NCBI GenBank assembly: GCA_045159875.1
Contig: CP067995.1
Span: 1,696,001 to 1,760,000 of the forward strand
DNA from: a cyanobacterium endosymbiont of Rhopalodia gibba
GTDB taxonomy: Bacteria; Cyanobacteriota; Cyanobacteriia; Cyanobacteriales; Microcystaceae
Direction: 5' to 3'
DNA length: 64,000 nucleotides
Below, one piece after another: positions 1-12,115 of this stretch (position 1 is the stretch's first letter; every line of letters starts with the position of its first letter). Made by a program: the position numbers and the translations under genes. Under the pieces are notes generated by a model that did not search any database, was not told the origin of the DNA, and saw only the letters and a list, made by a program, of their open reading frames with translations.

Positions 1-2
1 CA

Positions 3-1055
<1,053 letters not shown>

Positions 1056-1065
1056 TCAACTGAAA

Positions 1066-1088
1066 ATGGGTGGGTTATTCCCGCCCAT
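1066..1088 (+). terminator. Stem-loop after ahcY
   Basis: ATGGGTGGG-ttatt-CCCGCCCAT, 10 nt after the stop codon. Confidence 0.6.
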
Positions 1089-1149
1089 CGTGATTTACAG
1101 TAAATAATCAATAGTTAAGTTACTTTCCCAAAAATCAATGTAGTATAGC

Positions 1150-1773
1150 ATGGCAAAACTTTCAGTTGAATTAGAACGCTATTTTTTTGAAGAAGAAAGA
1201 GCTTCAAATGTTAAACTTGCCGATATTTTATCTTTAGCTGGGGAGCGAATCTTTGGATTTTTATTTGTTACTCTAGCTTTACCTTCAGCTTTACCAGTTC
1301 CTGCCCCAGGTTACTCCATTCCTTTTGGAATTTTAATGTTTCTCTTGGCTATTCAACTGATTGCAGGATATGAAGTTCTTTGGTTTCCTGAAAAGATAAT
1401 GAAAGGGTCAATTAAACTGGAGACAGTGCAGAAATTCCTAGAAAAAGGACTTCCTTGGTTAAAAAAAATTGAGGCATTGACTCACCCTCGTATGACCTAT
1501 ATTTGTACAAGTTCACCAGGAAGAGTTGTGATCGGTGTGGCAATTGCTTTAATGTCTATTTTTATGATGATTCCTATTCCGGGAACTAATACTTTACCTG
1601 CAATTGGAATTTTTGTGACTGCTTTTGGATTACAAGAAAATGATGGATTTATTAGTCTAGTAGGACTAGTTATTTGTCTAATTGCTGGTACTACGTCAAC
1701 TTTAATTATTTTCTTAGGGAAAGAGGTTATTGAAAGAATTTTTGACATTATAAAATGGTTTTTAGGCGGTTAA
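1150..1773 (+). CDS. ExoD family exopolysaccharide biosynthesis membrane protein
   Basis: Hydrophobic 207 aa. GERIFGFLF..LALPSALPVPAPG and PIPGTNTLPA motifs typical of ExoD. Confidence 0.88.
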   Translation: MAKLSVELERYFFEEERASNVKLADILSLAGERIFGFLFVTLALPSALPVPAPGYSIPFGILMFLLAIQLIAGYEVLWFPEKIMKGSIKLETVQKFLEKGLPWLKKIEALTHPRMTYICTSSPGRVVIGVAIALMSIFMMIPIPGTNTLPAIGIFVTAFGLQENDGFISLVGLVICLIAGTTSTLIIFLGKEVIERIFDIIKWFLGG

Positions 1774-1811
1774 AATTTATACAATTATTTATCAACCTAG
1801 ATACTTAGATT

Positions 1812-3170
1812 ATGACTCATTCTTCAACTCGCCCCGCTAAAATTAGCTTTGTCATCCCCAATTCTATCGCTAATGAAGTTGGTTTTGAAGTGGGGGATTC
1901 TTTGATGTCTATTAATGGTTTTCCACTGCGGGATTTAATAGATTATCAATTTTTATGTTCTGATGAATATTTAGAATTAGAGGTAGTTGATAATAAAGGA
2001 AAAACTCATTATGTAGAAATCCAAAAAAATTATGATGATGATTTAGGATTAGAGTTCGAAAAGGCCTTATTTGATGAGTTAATTCAATGTAATAACCATT
2101 GTCCTTTTTGTTTTATTGATCAACAACCTCCAGGAAAACGAGATAGTCTTTACTTAAAAGATGATGATTATCGTTTGAGCTTTCTTTATGGTAGTTATTT
2201 GACCTTGACTAATTTGACTAAAAAGGAATGGGAACGTATTGAAAGAATGCGTCTTTCTCCTCTGTATGTTTCAGTCCACTCAACAGAAGCTGATGTACGA
2301 GTTCGTTTATTAAAAAATCCCCGCGCTGGACAGATTATAGAACAGTTTAAATGGTTTCAAGAACGACAGTTGCAAATCCATGCTCAAGTGGTTGTTTGTC
2401 CGGGAATTAATGATAGTTTGCATTTAGAAAAAACCTTGACTGATTTAGCCTTATTTCATCAAGGAGATATTCCGACAATTATTTCTACTGCAGTGGTTCC
2501 AGTAGGATTAACTCGCTTTCGTTCTTTAGACGATAAATTAATTCCAGTCACTAAAACTAAAGCAAAAGAAGTTATTAAACAAGTTCAAGCTTTGCAAAAA
2601 AAATTTCACCATAGATTTAACAGTAATTTTGTTTGGTTAGCTGATGAATGGTTCTTAATTGGACAAGAAGAATTACCTCCAGAATCTCACTATGAAGATT
2701 ATCCACAAAGTGATAATGGAGTCGGTTCAATCCGTCAATTTATCAAAGAATTTGAAACAACAGTAAAACATTTATTGCCAGCTAAAGTTAATAAATCAGT
2801 TACCCTTACTTGGGTTGTCGGAAATGCCGTAAAAAAAGCCTTTCAACCCCTAGTTAAAAAATTAAATAAAGTAGATGGATTAACAATTAAATTAGAAGCA
2901 TTACAGAGTCATTACTGGGGACAAGAAACAACAGTAACAGGACTATTGACAGGCGAAGATATATTGACCCAATTACAAGGAAAAGATTTAGGTAATGGAA
3001 TTTTATTACCTTCAATTATGCTTAAACACAATGATATTTATTTCCTAGACGATATGACGGTTGAAGAATTAGCTAAACAATTGAATGTTGAAATTTTTCC
3101 TGTTACTGGGATTGAGGAACTTGTTCGAATTTGTTTAGATAGTTCCACTTTGCCTACTATATTAAACTAA
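1812..3170 (+). CDS. PDZ-domain radical-SAM-like Fe-S oxidoreductase (TIGR03279/DUF512 family)
   Basis: N-terminal PDZ-like region, CNNHCPFCFIDQQPPGKR, KDDDYRLSFLYGSYLTLTN, VTGLLTGEDI. Confidence 0.9.
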   Translation: MTHSSTRPAKISFVIPNSIANEVGFEVGDSLMSINGFPLRDLIDYQFLCSDEYLELEVVDNKGKTHYVEIQKNYDDDLGLEFEKALFDELIQCNNHCPFCFIDQQPPGKRDSLYLKDDDYRLSFLYGSYLTLTNLTKKEWERIERMRLSPLYVSVHSTEADVRVRLLKNPRAGQIIEQFKWFQERQLQIHAQVVVCPGINDSLHLEKTLTDLALFHQGDIPTIISTAVVPVGLTRFRSLDDKLIPVTKTKAKEVIKQVQALQKKFHHRFNSNFVWLADEWFLIGQEELPPESHYEDYPQSDNGVGSIRQFIKEFETTVKHLLPAKVNKSVTLTWVVGNAVKKAFQPLVKKLNKVDGLTIKLEALQSHYWGQETTVTGLLTGEDILTQLQGKDLGNGILLPSIMLKHNDIYFLDDMTVEELAKQLNVEIFPVTGIEELVRICLDSSTLPTILN

Positions 3171-3311
3171 TAGAGAACTGAAGCATTTTTCTAAGAAAAT
3201 AAAGCCCCCTTTGCAGACTTAATTGATAAGTTACTACACTATTTCTGGGGGTCCTCTATTGAAAGTTTAAATCTTTTTTTTAGAGTAGTTTAGGATAAAA
3301 AACATAGCAAA

Positions 3312-3336
3312 ATGGACAGGGTACTAGCCTGTCCAT
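3312..3336. terminator. Hairpin between convergent genes (probable bidirectional terminator)
   Basis: ATGGACAGG-gtactag-CCTGTCCAT between the radical SAM gene and petA. Confidence 0.6.
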
Positions 3337-3374
3337 CTAGAATTATATAATTTTTGAAAAAGTTGCGAAAAGGC

Positions 3375-4361
3375 TTAGAACTTCATCTCGGCTGCTTGAA
3401 CTCTTTCGACTTGTTTCTTCTTAAGAACTAACAGGATTTGAGCTAACATAATCGCTGCTAAGAAGATCAATAACCACTTAACTCGTGTGGGACTTTGTAA
3501 AACAATTTCCGTGTCTTTTTGCCCAAAACCACCAATATTGGGATTATTTGTGAGTGCTTCTCCCGCTGCCACTTGTTGTCCTTCAGAAATAATCAACTGA
3601 GGACCGGCAGGAATGGTATCTACCACGTCACCATCAGTCGTCTCCAAGGTAACAGTGTAACCGCCAGCCTCATTTTGACTAATGGCGGAAACCTTTCCAG
3701 CTTGGGATGCTTTAAAAACGTTATTATTGCTAGATTGTCCGTTGGGATATATTTGCCCACGACCGCGGTTAGCCCCTAAGTGAACAGGATATTTACCAAA
3801 GTTCACGTTTTTGTCCGTAGCAGGATCAGGAGATAAAATGGGGAAAATAATCTCTTGATATTGATCTCCAGGCAAAGGGCCCACAAGAACCACGTTCTCT
3901 TGATCTTCACGGTAGGGTTGGAAGTAGAGTCCTCCGATCTTTTCTTGCATTTCTTCGGGAATGCGATCAAATGGAGCAATTTTAAAGCCCTCGGGTAACA
4001 TGAGGACAGCCCCCACATTTAGACCCCCTTGGGAGCCATCTCCTAACACCTGTCGGGAATTGGGATCGTGGTAAATTTTTACCACTGCTTCAAAAACCGT
4101 ATTGGGTAGAACCGACTGAGGAATTTCTACTTCAGCAGTCTTTTCTGCTAAATGACAGTTAGCACAAACAATACGTCCAGTTGCTTCTCTAGGGGTTTCT
4201 GGAGCTGTTTCTTGCGCCCAAAAAGGATAGGCAGCAGCCCCTTGGGGAAAAGCAACATCGTTAAAAATATAGAGGGCAAAAGTAGCACAAGCAATCAAGA
4301 TGATATGCATCGTAACCTGCTTACTTACTTGCCAAATTGCCGAGAAATCGGGTGTTCTCAT
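3375..4361 (-). CDS. petA: Apocytochrome f
   Basis: YPFWAQ mature N-terminus, CANCH heme motif, GRGQIYP, C-terminal TM anchor then KKKQVE. Confidence 0.98.
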   Translation of the reverse strand: MRTPDFSAIWQVSKQVTMHIILIACATFALYIFNDVAFPQGAAAYPFWAQETAPETPREATGRIVCANCHLAEKTAEVEIPQSVLPNTVFEAVVKIYHDPNSRQVLGDGSQGGLNVGAVLMLPEGFKIAPFDRIPEEMQEKIGGLYFQPYREDQENVVLVGPLPGDQYQEIIFPILSPDPATDKNVNFGKYPVHLGANRGRGQIYPNGQSSNNNVFKASQAGKVSAISQNEAGGYTVTLETTDGDVVDTIPAGPQLIISEGQQVAAGEALTNNPNIGGFGQKDTEIVLQSPTRVKWLLIFLAAIMLAQILLVLKKKQVERVQAAEMKF

Positions 4362-4425
4362 TGCTAAGTCAAACCACTCAAATCTTAAATGTTAACATTA
4401 CCAAGGATCGAGATAATTGACCGAA

Positions 4426-4968
4426 TTATACCCACCAGGGGTTTTCATCAGTTCGAAAATCCGTTTCTGTCCAAGTGCTAAAAACTACTTTGTCGTTGTC
4501 ATCAACATTAACATGAGCCAACATTAATGATAAGGGAGCAGGTCCGCGCGTGACTTTTCCCTGGGCATCGTATTGGGAGCCATGACATGGACAAATAAAT
4601 TTTCCTTCGCTAGTGTTCCAAGGAACAACACAACCTAAATGGGTGCAAACAGCGTTAATTCCATAATCAGCCAGAGTTTGCTCCCCCTCAACTATTATGT
4701 AAGTAGGATCGCCTTTTAACCCTTGAGTTAGAACGCGATCACCTGGGTTGTGATTCGCTAAAAATTCACTGACAATGACATCATTACCAAGAGCATCTTT
4801 AGCCGTTACACCACCACTAGTCCCACCACTAGAAGAAGGAATGAAATATTTAGCCACCGGATATAATGCCCCAGCTGCTATGCCGGTAATTGTTCCGAAG
4901 GTTAATAAATTCATGAATTGGCGACGTCCCATATCGGGGACATCGGACGAACCAGATACTTGAGTCAT
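4426..4968 (-). CDS. petC: Cytochrome b6f Rieske iron-sulfur subunit
   Basis: [20 protein letters not shown] and CPCHGSQY motifs. Directly upstream of petA. ATG at 4968 preferred. Confidence 0.98.
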   Translation of the reverse strand: MTQVSGSSDVPDMGRRQFMNLLTFGTITGIAAGALYPVAKYFIPSSSGGTSGGVTAKDALGNDVIVSEFLANHNPGDRVLTQGLKGDPTYIIVEGEQTLADYGINAVCTHLGCVVPWNTSEGKFICPCHGSQYDAQGKVTRGPAPLSLMLAHVNVDDNDKVVFSTWTETDFRTDENPWWV

Positions 4969-5230
4969 AACCAATTGTTATTTGTCTACGTTTGCTGATA
5001 CTTCTGATTCACTAAAAATTAGAAGTTACTCGTCTGTGCTGCTTAGAAAGGGTATAATAGCAACCTTGAGCTAAATTGAGGACACTTTCATAGAGAACTC
5101 AAGTTGCATTATCAAGCCATGCAGTTGTATCCTTGCTCTGAAAACAGATTACAAGTCCGTTTTAAATTATGGCAGAAATTTGCCCAGAAAATTTAGTAAG
5201 TTTGGCCGTCAAGTAATTAAGACCAATACA

Positions 5231-6637
5231 ATGAATTCTCTTGATTTAGCTTTTACCCCTGCTTTAGAATTAGCAAAATTAATTCGTAACCGTCAAATTT
5301 CTCCTCTAGAATTAACCCAAGTTTACCTTGATAGGATTCAACAATACGATCCCCAATTAGGCAGTTTTTTTGCTATAGCAGGGGACATAGCTATAGCCGA
5401 CGCTAAAGCTAAAACGGAACAATTAGCCCAGACTTCAAAGATTAATAATGCTCTTCCTCCTTTCTTTGGAGTTCCTACGGCGATTAAAGATCTTAACGCT
5501 GTTGCGCAAATGCCTTTAAGCTATGGAATTTCTGTTTTTAAAGACAATGTTGTGAATTATGATGATGAAGTAGTAACTCGAATCAAAGAAGCAGGATTTA
5601 TTGTCCTAGGTAAAACAGCAACTTCTCAACTGGGTTCTTTTCCCTATACGGAACCTCCAGGGTTTCCTCCAACTCGTAACCCTTGGCATCGAGATTATGT
5701 AGCGGGGGGGTCAAGTGGTGGAGCGGCTGCTGCTGTGGCAGCGGGATTATGCCCCATTGCACAAGGCTCGGATGGAGGAGGCTCGATTCGTATCCCAGCT
5801 GCTTGTTGTGGGTTAGTAGGGATTAAACCTTCTAGGGGTCGGATATCCAATGCTCCTGTAGGGGACTTTCAAAGTGGGATCTCAACCCACGGACCATTAG
5901 GGCGGACGGTGGCTGATGCAGCAGCATTACTAGACGTCATGGCCGGCTATGTGACAGGGGATCCTTATTGGTTAGTATCTCCTGAGATTTCTTTTTTAGC
6001 GGCCACTCGTCAATCTTCAATTCCTCTTAAAGTGGCCTTTTCGACTAAAATCCACCCGTTTCCTGAACCTGAAGAAGTTATCAAAGAAGCAGTTCATAAG
6101 ACAGTTAAATTGTTAGCAGAAATGGGACACGAGGTGGAACCTAGCTGTCCTAATTTTCAGGAATTAATCAATCCTTTTAAGCAAATTTGGCAAGCAGGAA
6201 TTTTAGCATCTGGAGTTCCTATAAAAGTATTGAGTCCCATTAATCAGTGGTTAGGAGAACAGGCAAAAATGACAGAAAAATATTTACAGGCGGTTCATCA
6301 AATGCAAATTGTTTCACGGCAAATTGTTGCTTTTTTTGATCATTTTGATTTGTTGGTTTTACCTGTTTATCTACAACAACCAATTAAGGTAGGAGAATGG
6401 GACAATTTATCTCCAGAAGAAGTTGTAGAGAATATTATTAAATGGATTGCTCCTTGTCCTCCTTGTAATGCGAGTGGTTTACCTGGAATTACCTTATCGA
6501 TAGGACAAGATGAAAAGGGGCTACCAGTGGGTGTCCAATTAATAGGAAAACCTGCCGATGAATTAACATTAATTCGGGTGGCAGCACATTTAGAACAAGT
6601 AATTGAGCCCCTTTCATTCAAAACGATTCAATTATAA
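5231..6637 (+). CDS. Amidase signature family protein
   Basis: [42 protein letters not shown] at 5231 preferred over TTG at 5180. Confidence 0.92.
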   Translation: MNSLDLAFTPALELAKLIRNRQISPLELTQVYLDRIQQYDPQLGSFFAIAGDIAIADAKAKTEQLAQTSKINNALPPFFGVPTAIKDLNAVAQMPLSYGISVFKDNVVNYDDEVVTRIKEAGFIVLGKTATSQLGSFPYTEPPGFPPTRNPWHRDYVAGGSSGGAAAAVAAGLCPIAQGSDGGGSIRIPAACCGLVGIKPSRGRISNAPVGDFQSGISTHGPLGRTVADAAALLDVMAGYVTGDPYWLVSPEISFLAATRQSSIPLKVAFSTKIHPFPEPEEVIKEAVHKTVKLLAEMGHEVEPSCPNFQELINPFKQIWQAGILASGVPIKVLSPINQWLGEQAKMTEKYLQAVHQMQIVSRQIVAFFDHFDLLVLPVYLQQPIKVGEWDNLSPEEVVENIIKWIAPCPPCNASGLPGITLSIGQDEKGLPVGVQLIGKPADELTLIRVAAHLEQVIEPLSFKTIQL

Positions 6638-6705
6638 TTAAATTTTAATTTAACGATACACCTAATTCATTTACAAAGGAAAACTTTGTTTTTCTATAAG
6701 AGAGA

Positions 6706-7407
6706 CTAAGCTTTTAAAAAATTACTATAACTTCTCATAACGCGCCCACAACTCCAAAATTTTTTGTAATATACTTGACTAATTTTATCGCCTTGTTCTG
6801 AAAAAGGATCTATCGCAATACCATTTCTGCCCGTTTCCTGACCAGAACTATGAATATAGTCCCCTTTTCCCAAATAAAGAGCAACATGGTTCACTCGTCT
6901 TTTACCAAAAAAGATTAAATCTCCAGCTAAAAGATTTTCTTTCTTAATTTTTCTCGTAAAAGCTTCTTGTTGAAAAGAATCTCTAGGTAGCCAGATTCCT
7001 GATACCGCAAAAGCTCTTTGTATTAATCCTGAACAATCATAATTTGGTCCAATAGTTCCCCCCCATAAATAATAATTAGGCTGTTCCATAGCTGCCTTCG
7101 TAAAGGCAATAACTTCTCCTAAACGAAGTACAATGTCATTACGGTTTAAAATGAGGGAATTATAAGGTTTACTTGTGGGTTTTAATGCTGATAGTTGAGC
7201 AATGGGTAGCCATGCTAAATAGTTGTCTTCTTTTAGACAAACTTGAACAGCTTTTTCAGTAGCAGTATTTAATAAAACAGTGAAATTTCTTCCAGTAGCT
7301 GCTTGGGTAGCTAATTCTAAGCATTGAGAAGAATTAAATAAATCTAACGGAGTATGATTACAATATTCACCGCAAACTGAAGGAGGTAGAGAGTTGAGGA
7401 AAGTCAT
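6706..7407 (-). CDS. NlpC/P60 (C40) cell-wall peptidase
   Basis: YLWGG..NYDCSGLIQ, LPRDS, GDLIFFG, HVALYLG..YIHSSG. Confidence 0.9.
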   Translation of the reverse strand: MTFLNSLPPSVCGEYCNHTPLDLFNSSQCLELATQAATGRNFTVLLNTATEKAVQVCLKEDNYLAWLPIAQLSALKPTSKPYNSLILNRNDIVLRLGEVIAFTKAAMEQPNYYLWGGTIGPNYDCSGLIQRAFAVSGIWLPRDSFQQEAFTRKIKKENLLAGDLIFFGKRRVNHVALYLGKGDYIHSSGQETGRNGIAIDPFSEQGDKISQVYYKKFWSCGRVMRSYSNFLKA

Positions 7408-7714
7408 AATTCGAGACCAACAACAACAGGGAATTTATTTAATAAATAGTTAAACACCATTAAAGTTAAAGATAAGCCAAAACAATGGGCAATGGTCAAA
7501 GTTTTAATTTCTTCAATAAAAGTTTTTGACACAAGGTCGTACATTTATCTACAGACTACTTATGTCAGGATATGAAAACAATAAGTAGCTGATTTTTTAA
7601 AAAAATTCGCTACGATTTATTGTGTGTATCAAGAAAGAGTTAAGTATATTCTAAGCATGTCTATAATTTTTGACTTCTAATTAATCTCCCAATACCCGTT
7701 AGGAATTATTAAAG

Positions 7715-8203
7715 ATGGATTGTCGCCACATTAAGTTCTCTATCGACAGAGCTGAGGTTGATCTTATACAACTCCAAGCATTGTTCAACGAGGTAGCCTT
7801 TTGGGCAAGAGAAAGAACCCTTGAAGATTTAGAGATTGCACTTGCAAACAGTAATCCAATCGTTACTGTTTGGGATACAAGAAGAATGATTGGTTTTTGT
7901 CGAGGTATATCTGATGGAATTTATCGGGGAACTATCTGGGATGTACTTGTTTGCTCACAATACCAAGGATTAGGTCTAGGACGCAAGTTAGTAGAAACGG
8001 CTTTAAGTCATCCATTGATGTGTCGGGTTGAACGGGTTTATTTGATGACGACTTACCAACGGAAATTTTATGAACGTATTGGCTTTCAAGAAAATAAGTC
8101 AACCACGATGGTATTACAGAACACCTATGAAATCAATTCTCTACCTCTGGGTGAAGAATCTTTTGAATATATGCTAAAGGAATCAGAACAAGTACTTGGG
8201 TAA
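7715..8203 (+). CDS. GNAT family N-acetyltransferase (Ycf52-like)
   Basis: AFWARER, TIWDV, YQGLGLGRKL acetyl-CoA motif, FYERIGF. Confidence 0.88.
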   Translation: MDCRHIKFSIDRAEVDLIQLQALFNEVAFWARERTLEDLEIALANSNPIVTVWDTRRMIGFCRGISDGIYRGTIWDVLVCSQYQGLGLGRKLVETALSHPLMCRVERVYLMTTYQRKFYERIGFQENKSTTMVLQNTYEINSLPLGEESFEYMLKESEQVLG

Positions 8204-8399
8204 TCTTTTCCGAAAACTTTAAATATAGAGATCTGTTGCTTTTAATACTCCTTATTGTGCAACAGAAATTCACATGTCGACTATGATAACAAGTACTTAG
8301 AATAAATGTTATTCATGAGCTACTAAGTAGATAACCTTAAATAGGTCTAGAATAGAAAAGTAACTAAGAAAGCGCAATTATTAAATAGCCAACCGCTTA

Positions 8400-8990
8400 A
8401 AAATTTAGTTAATAGAATTTAGATAAACAAATACTATCAAGATTAGTTTTTAACCTCAAAATTTCCTCTGGTAGGAGAACAAAAACATAGATTTTATATT
8501 CAAATTATAGAAATGAAAAATCACATACATTGTAAATTTAATAGAACTGTGACAGAATATGATTAGAAAAAACAATCTAGATAAATTTTAGAAGTAAGAA
8601 GGGGAAAGATTATCTTTTTATCAAAGAAGTAAAAAATAAATAATTTGAAATAAAAATAAGTGTAAAATATTTTAAATTACATCTCAAAGAAAAAGAAGAT
8701 ATAACAGTTAATAGTTATCTAAAATTTTAAAAAAAAAAAATTAAAATTAACTCCAAAAAAAAACCAATTTTTTCAAGAAGATAGCTAAAAATAATTAAAA
8801 AAAAGTTAATATAAGAACTAATCTATGTCCTAAAAAATAAAGAAATTGAAATTTTATAAATAAACATGAAAGACAAAAAATAGACAGAGTAATCTTCAAT
8901 AAGAATTGCAGTTACAACAAATTTACAATGTAGAGTTAACCCAAATAATACTAATTTAAATACTTTATATTACAAAATAAATAGCATTAA
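8400..8990 (+). mobile_element. Very degraded transposase remnant, possibly IS630 family
   Basis: A-rich strand with stop-interrupted translation ..KGKDYLFIKE..FKLHLKEKEDI..SIRIAVTT. Weakly resembles cyanobacterial IS630 transposases. Boundaries approximate. Confidence 0.3.
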
Positions 8991-9149
8991 TTAAGCCGCA
9001 AATTTTCCTAGTTAATTAACTTTAACTTATTGTTGATATTTGCTATTATCCTTGATAAGCTCAAGCTGAATAATAAAATTATCGCCTATTTTTTATATAT
9101 AAAAAATAATTTTTTCAATACATAGTGGCTAATTTCAATAATCTTGATA

Positions 9150-9930
9150 CTCAGTCTTAGTTTTTATTGACAATTATTATTAATTTCTCTTTTAATCAGA
9201 TTTTCAATAGAATAGAAATATTTTATACAAATATTTAGATTTTACTTATGTTTTTTGCTTAAATTTTCTTGCAAAAAAAAATATATTTACTTTTTTAAGT
9301 GCTATTTGACCAGTATTTGTAAGTTATCTATCTTTTGACTTAAAGTTTTTTAATCTTTTAATTAAAAATTAACTTATCTCTTTTTATAAAAATATCTATT
9401 GCTACTTCAAACCACTATATTATTTTATTATGTCTTTTAGATTTTTTCTCTATAATTCCAAAGATCATTTCTTTGTCTAAATCTAATAATGTTAAATAAT
9501 AACTTTCTTATATTTCAATACAAGCTATTTTATCAACTTCTAATCGGTTTAATTTTTATTTTTTTTTATGTGCAAATATTAATATTAGTCCTTGAATATT
9601 ATTTTTATTTCTTGTTCACTTACTTCATTTATTGTGTTCATATTTTTAATGTGACTATTTAAGATATATTTAATAAATTTTGTATTACATCTTCTAGCAT
9701 ATATTACTTTCAAAGATTAACTTTTTCTTGAATCTATTCTCAGATTGATTACATTCAATTTGATAATAAGCTATCTTAAGATAGATGGTTTCTTTTGTTC
9801 AGGGAAAATTTATTATAGTTAATTCATTATTTTTATAAAATTTTCTAGTGGTTGAGCCACAGTAAATCCAAGTTGCTGTTTAGTATATTTTCTCAGTAAA
9901 TTTTATAAAAATATTAAATTAAATTGAGTT
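9150..9930 (-). mobile_element. ISL3-family transposase pseudogene (N-terminal and central part)
   Basis: Minus-strand pieces CGSTTRKFYKNNELTIINFP*TKETIYLKI, NSHIKNMNTINEVSEQEIK and KLNRLEVDKIA...YYLTLLDLDKEMIFGIIEK match the ISL3 zinc-finger region and the LKRLGIDEIA..VLVDLD catalytic region. Many stops and frameshifts. Confidence 0.75.
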
Positions 9931-9946
9931 TGATTAAACTTAAAAA

Positions 9947-9983
9947 CTATACTTACTATATCTGCTCTATATAGTAAGTATAG
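9947..9983. repeat. Perfect inverted repeat, 15-bp arms, 7-nt spacer
   Basis: CTATACTTACTATAT-ctgctct-ATATAGTAAGTATAG. Extends to 9940-9990 with one mismatch. Confidence 0.95.
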
Positions 9984-10069
9984 CTTTTAATAAGCAACCC
10001 TATTATCAATAATTACAATTTATCTTTATACATTTAATTTTTATATAACGAGTTTATCAAAAATACAAT

Positions 10070-10678
10070 CTATTCGAGGGTTTCTTCTTCCTTAATAAAG
10101 ACGTCCCCTTGACGTAAAATCATCCACCCTTTTTCTGTCCATTTTGCAACAGTTGAGGGAATTCCACTTACATATTTTTCTTCAAAAGTTAAGTCACTAT
10201 CATCTAAAGTATAAACATCAGGGAAAGTTGCTGCAATCGCTTTCATAGTTTCTAGAGGAGGATGTCCTGATAGATTAGAACTCGTAGTAGCTAAACATCC
10301 CGTTTTTGCCAAAATTTCTTGAGCAGTTTTATGATTAGGAATACGGAGACCAATAGTACCTGAATTAGTAGGATTTACTGCTTTTGGAACTAGGGGCGAA
10401 GCAGGTAATACTAACGTTAATGATCCTGGCCAATAACGTTGAGCTGTTTGTTGCCAAATATCCAATTCTTGAAGAGTTCCTTTAATATATTGCCAAAAAT
10501 CTTCAGGAGATGCTCCCATTAGAATTAAGGGTTTGTCGGGGTCGCGTTTTTTAAGAGAGAAGATCAGAGAAGCACTTTCAGGTAAAACTCCCAGAGCAGG
10601 AACAGTATCTGTAGGAAAACTTACCACTTGACCAATTTTTGCAACTTTAATTAATTGAGATTCGCGAACTTTAGGCAT
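10070..10678 (-). CDS. tsaC: L-threonylcarbamoyladenylate synthase (Sua5/TsaC family)
   Basis: FPTDTVPAL, KKRDPDKPL, WPGSLTLVL, IGLRIP, TTSSNLSG, PSTV. Confidence 0.9.
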   Translation of the reverse strand: MPKVRESQLIKVAKIGQVVSFPTDTVPALGVLPESASLIFSLKKRDPDKPLILMGASPEDFWQYIKGTLQELDIWQQTAQRYWPGSLTLVLPASPLVPKAVNPTNSGTIGLRIPNHKTAQEILAKTGCLATTSSNLSGHPPLETMKAIAATFPDVYTLDDSDLTFEEKYVSGIPSTVAKWTEKGWMILRQGDVFIKEEETLE

Positions 10679-10719
10679 TTTTTCTAAAAATAACTACTAT
10701 AAAATTGTTAGATTTTTTT

Positions 10720-11400
10720 ACAAGAACTACCAGATTAAGTAGGATTGTTCCATGTAAAATCGCCCCTGTTAACTTCACCATGATGTGATTTTTTATCCTA
10801 CTTTTACACTTGATAAATCTATCCAAATTAAGTTAACTCGCTGTAAATCCGCTTGAAGCCAATTAACTTATGATAAATTTATCAGAAACAAGTCTGCGCA
10901 AAATAAATTGGCTTCTTCTAAATTTACCTAATGTAAAAGGATAGCATTTAAATCTACATAGTTTAAATTGGCATAGATTAATTCTTTTCTTTTATATCAA
11001 CACCCAGTTGTCTCAAGGCTTCTATTAAGTCACGATAAGATAATAGAAGCCTTGAGACAACTGGGGGGAAGTACAATAATGGTCGTTGTAATTTTCATGA
11101 CTATGAACATAGGAGTTTTGTAGCTAATAATTATAGGGGTGAGCATAAGGTCTTTTTTGCTTTGTAACAGTAGAATTGGCATGTTTAGAAGAAGATCTAT
11201 TAAATTGACAAGACTTATGCCGTTTACACAGTGTAATTGGATTTTTAAAGTTTAGTTAGTACTCTAGCAATTAACTGTTTATTATTTTTCGGAAGACAAT
11301 CAGAATGCTAAATCTTAGTAAGCTTACTCAATCCTTTTAAGGGATATATCTATTTCTAATCCTAACACTGTGTAAGACTGTTCTACTCCTTTTATTACTG
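10720..11400 (-). pseudogene. J-domain (DnaJ-like) plus pentapeptide-repeat protein pseudogene
   Basis: Minus strand reads EQSYTVLGLEIDISLKRIE*AY*DLAF (J-domain helix I/II), then a linker, SYRDL..GVDIKEK, pentapeptides ANLNY VDLNA ILLH* VNLEE ANLFC ADLFL..ADLQR VNLIW and terminal VKLTGAILHGTIL. Stops and frameshifts. Confidence 0.75.
11003..11065. repeat. Perfect inverted repeat, 25-bp arms, 13-nt spacer, inside the J/pentapeptide pseudogene
   Basis: CCCAGTTGTCTCAAGGCTTCTATTA-agtcacgataaga-TAATAGAAGCCTTGAGACAACTGGG. Confidence 0.97.
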
Positions 11401-12115
11401 CGCCAAAAGACTGATAAAATAACAATACCAGTTCTGCAGAGCCATTAATATACTTAATAAATAATAAAAAATAAAAGATTTTAAAAAAAATAAATTACTA
11501 TTTAAGACGAAAAAATAAGAATTTAAAATAAAAAAATAAATTTAGTCAATTAATGATTTTTTTATATTTTACATCTAATTACTTATCTATTTCTTGCCAT
11601 AAATACATAAAGATTTAACTATGAATATATTTTTTAAAAAAACAATTTAATAATGTTGCAGTGACTATAAAAAACATGAATGCCAATAAAAAGTTGGATA
11701 TTAACTCGACAATATTGATATTAGAATAGATTATGGTCAAAGAATACAGGAGACAATATAATGTTATATCGAACTCTTGATCATAGAAGCAAATTAATTG
11801 AGTCAAGAACAAAACTCATATAATTTTACACAACAAAGTATGAACATACTTAGGAATACTGGGATAAACGATTCTTACTTTATTAAAAGAGAAAATTAGA
11901 CTGGTTATTAACCATATGAAAAAGCTAGACAGTTAAAACATGTTCTTATTCTCTTCTCTTTAGATATTATTTTTACATGACAGGTCTGATAAAACTATCT
12001 TTTTTTATGACAACCTCACTTGGTTTAGTTTCTATTCGTAAAAACCACAAAACCGTGTACCTGACCAGGTATTATCTATAACTGAATCACACAACAATTT
12101 AGCTAGGATGTCAAG

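Noticed and set aside
8204..10069. A-rich left half and T-rich right half as one giant inverted repeat or replication origin
   Set aside because: The halves do not align as reverse complements. The skew is better explained by two convergent decayed transposase genes.
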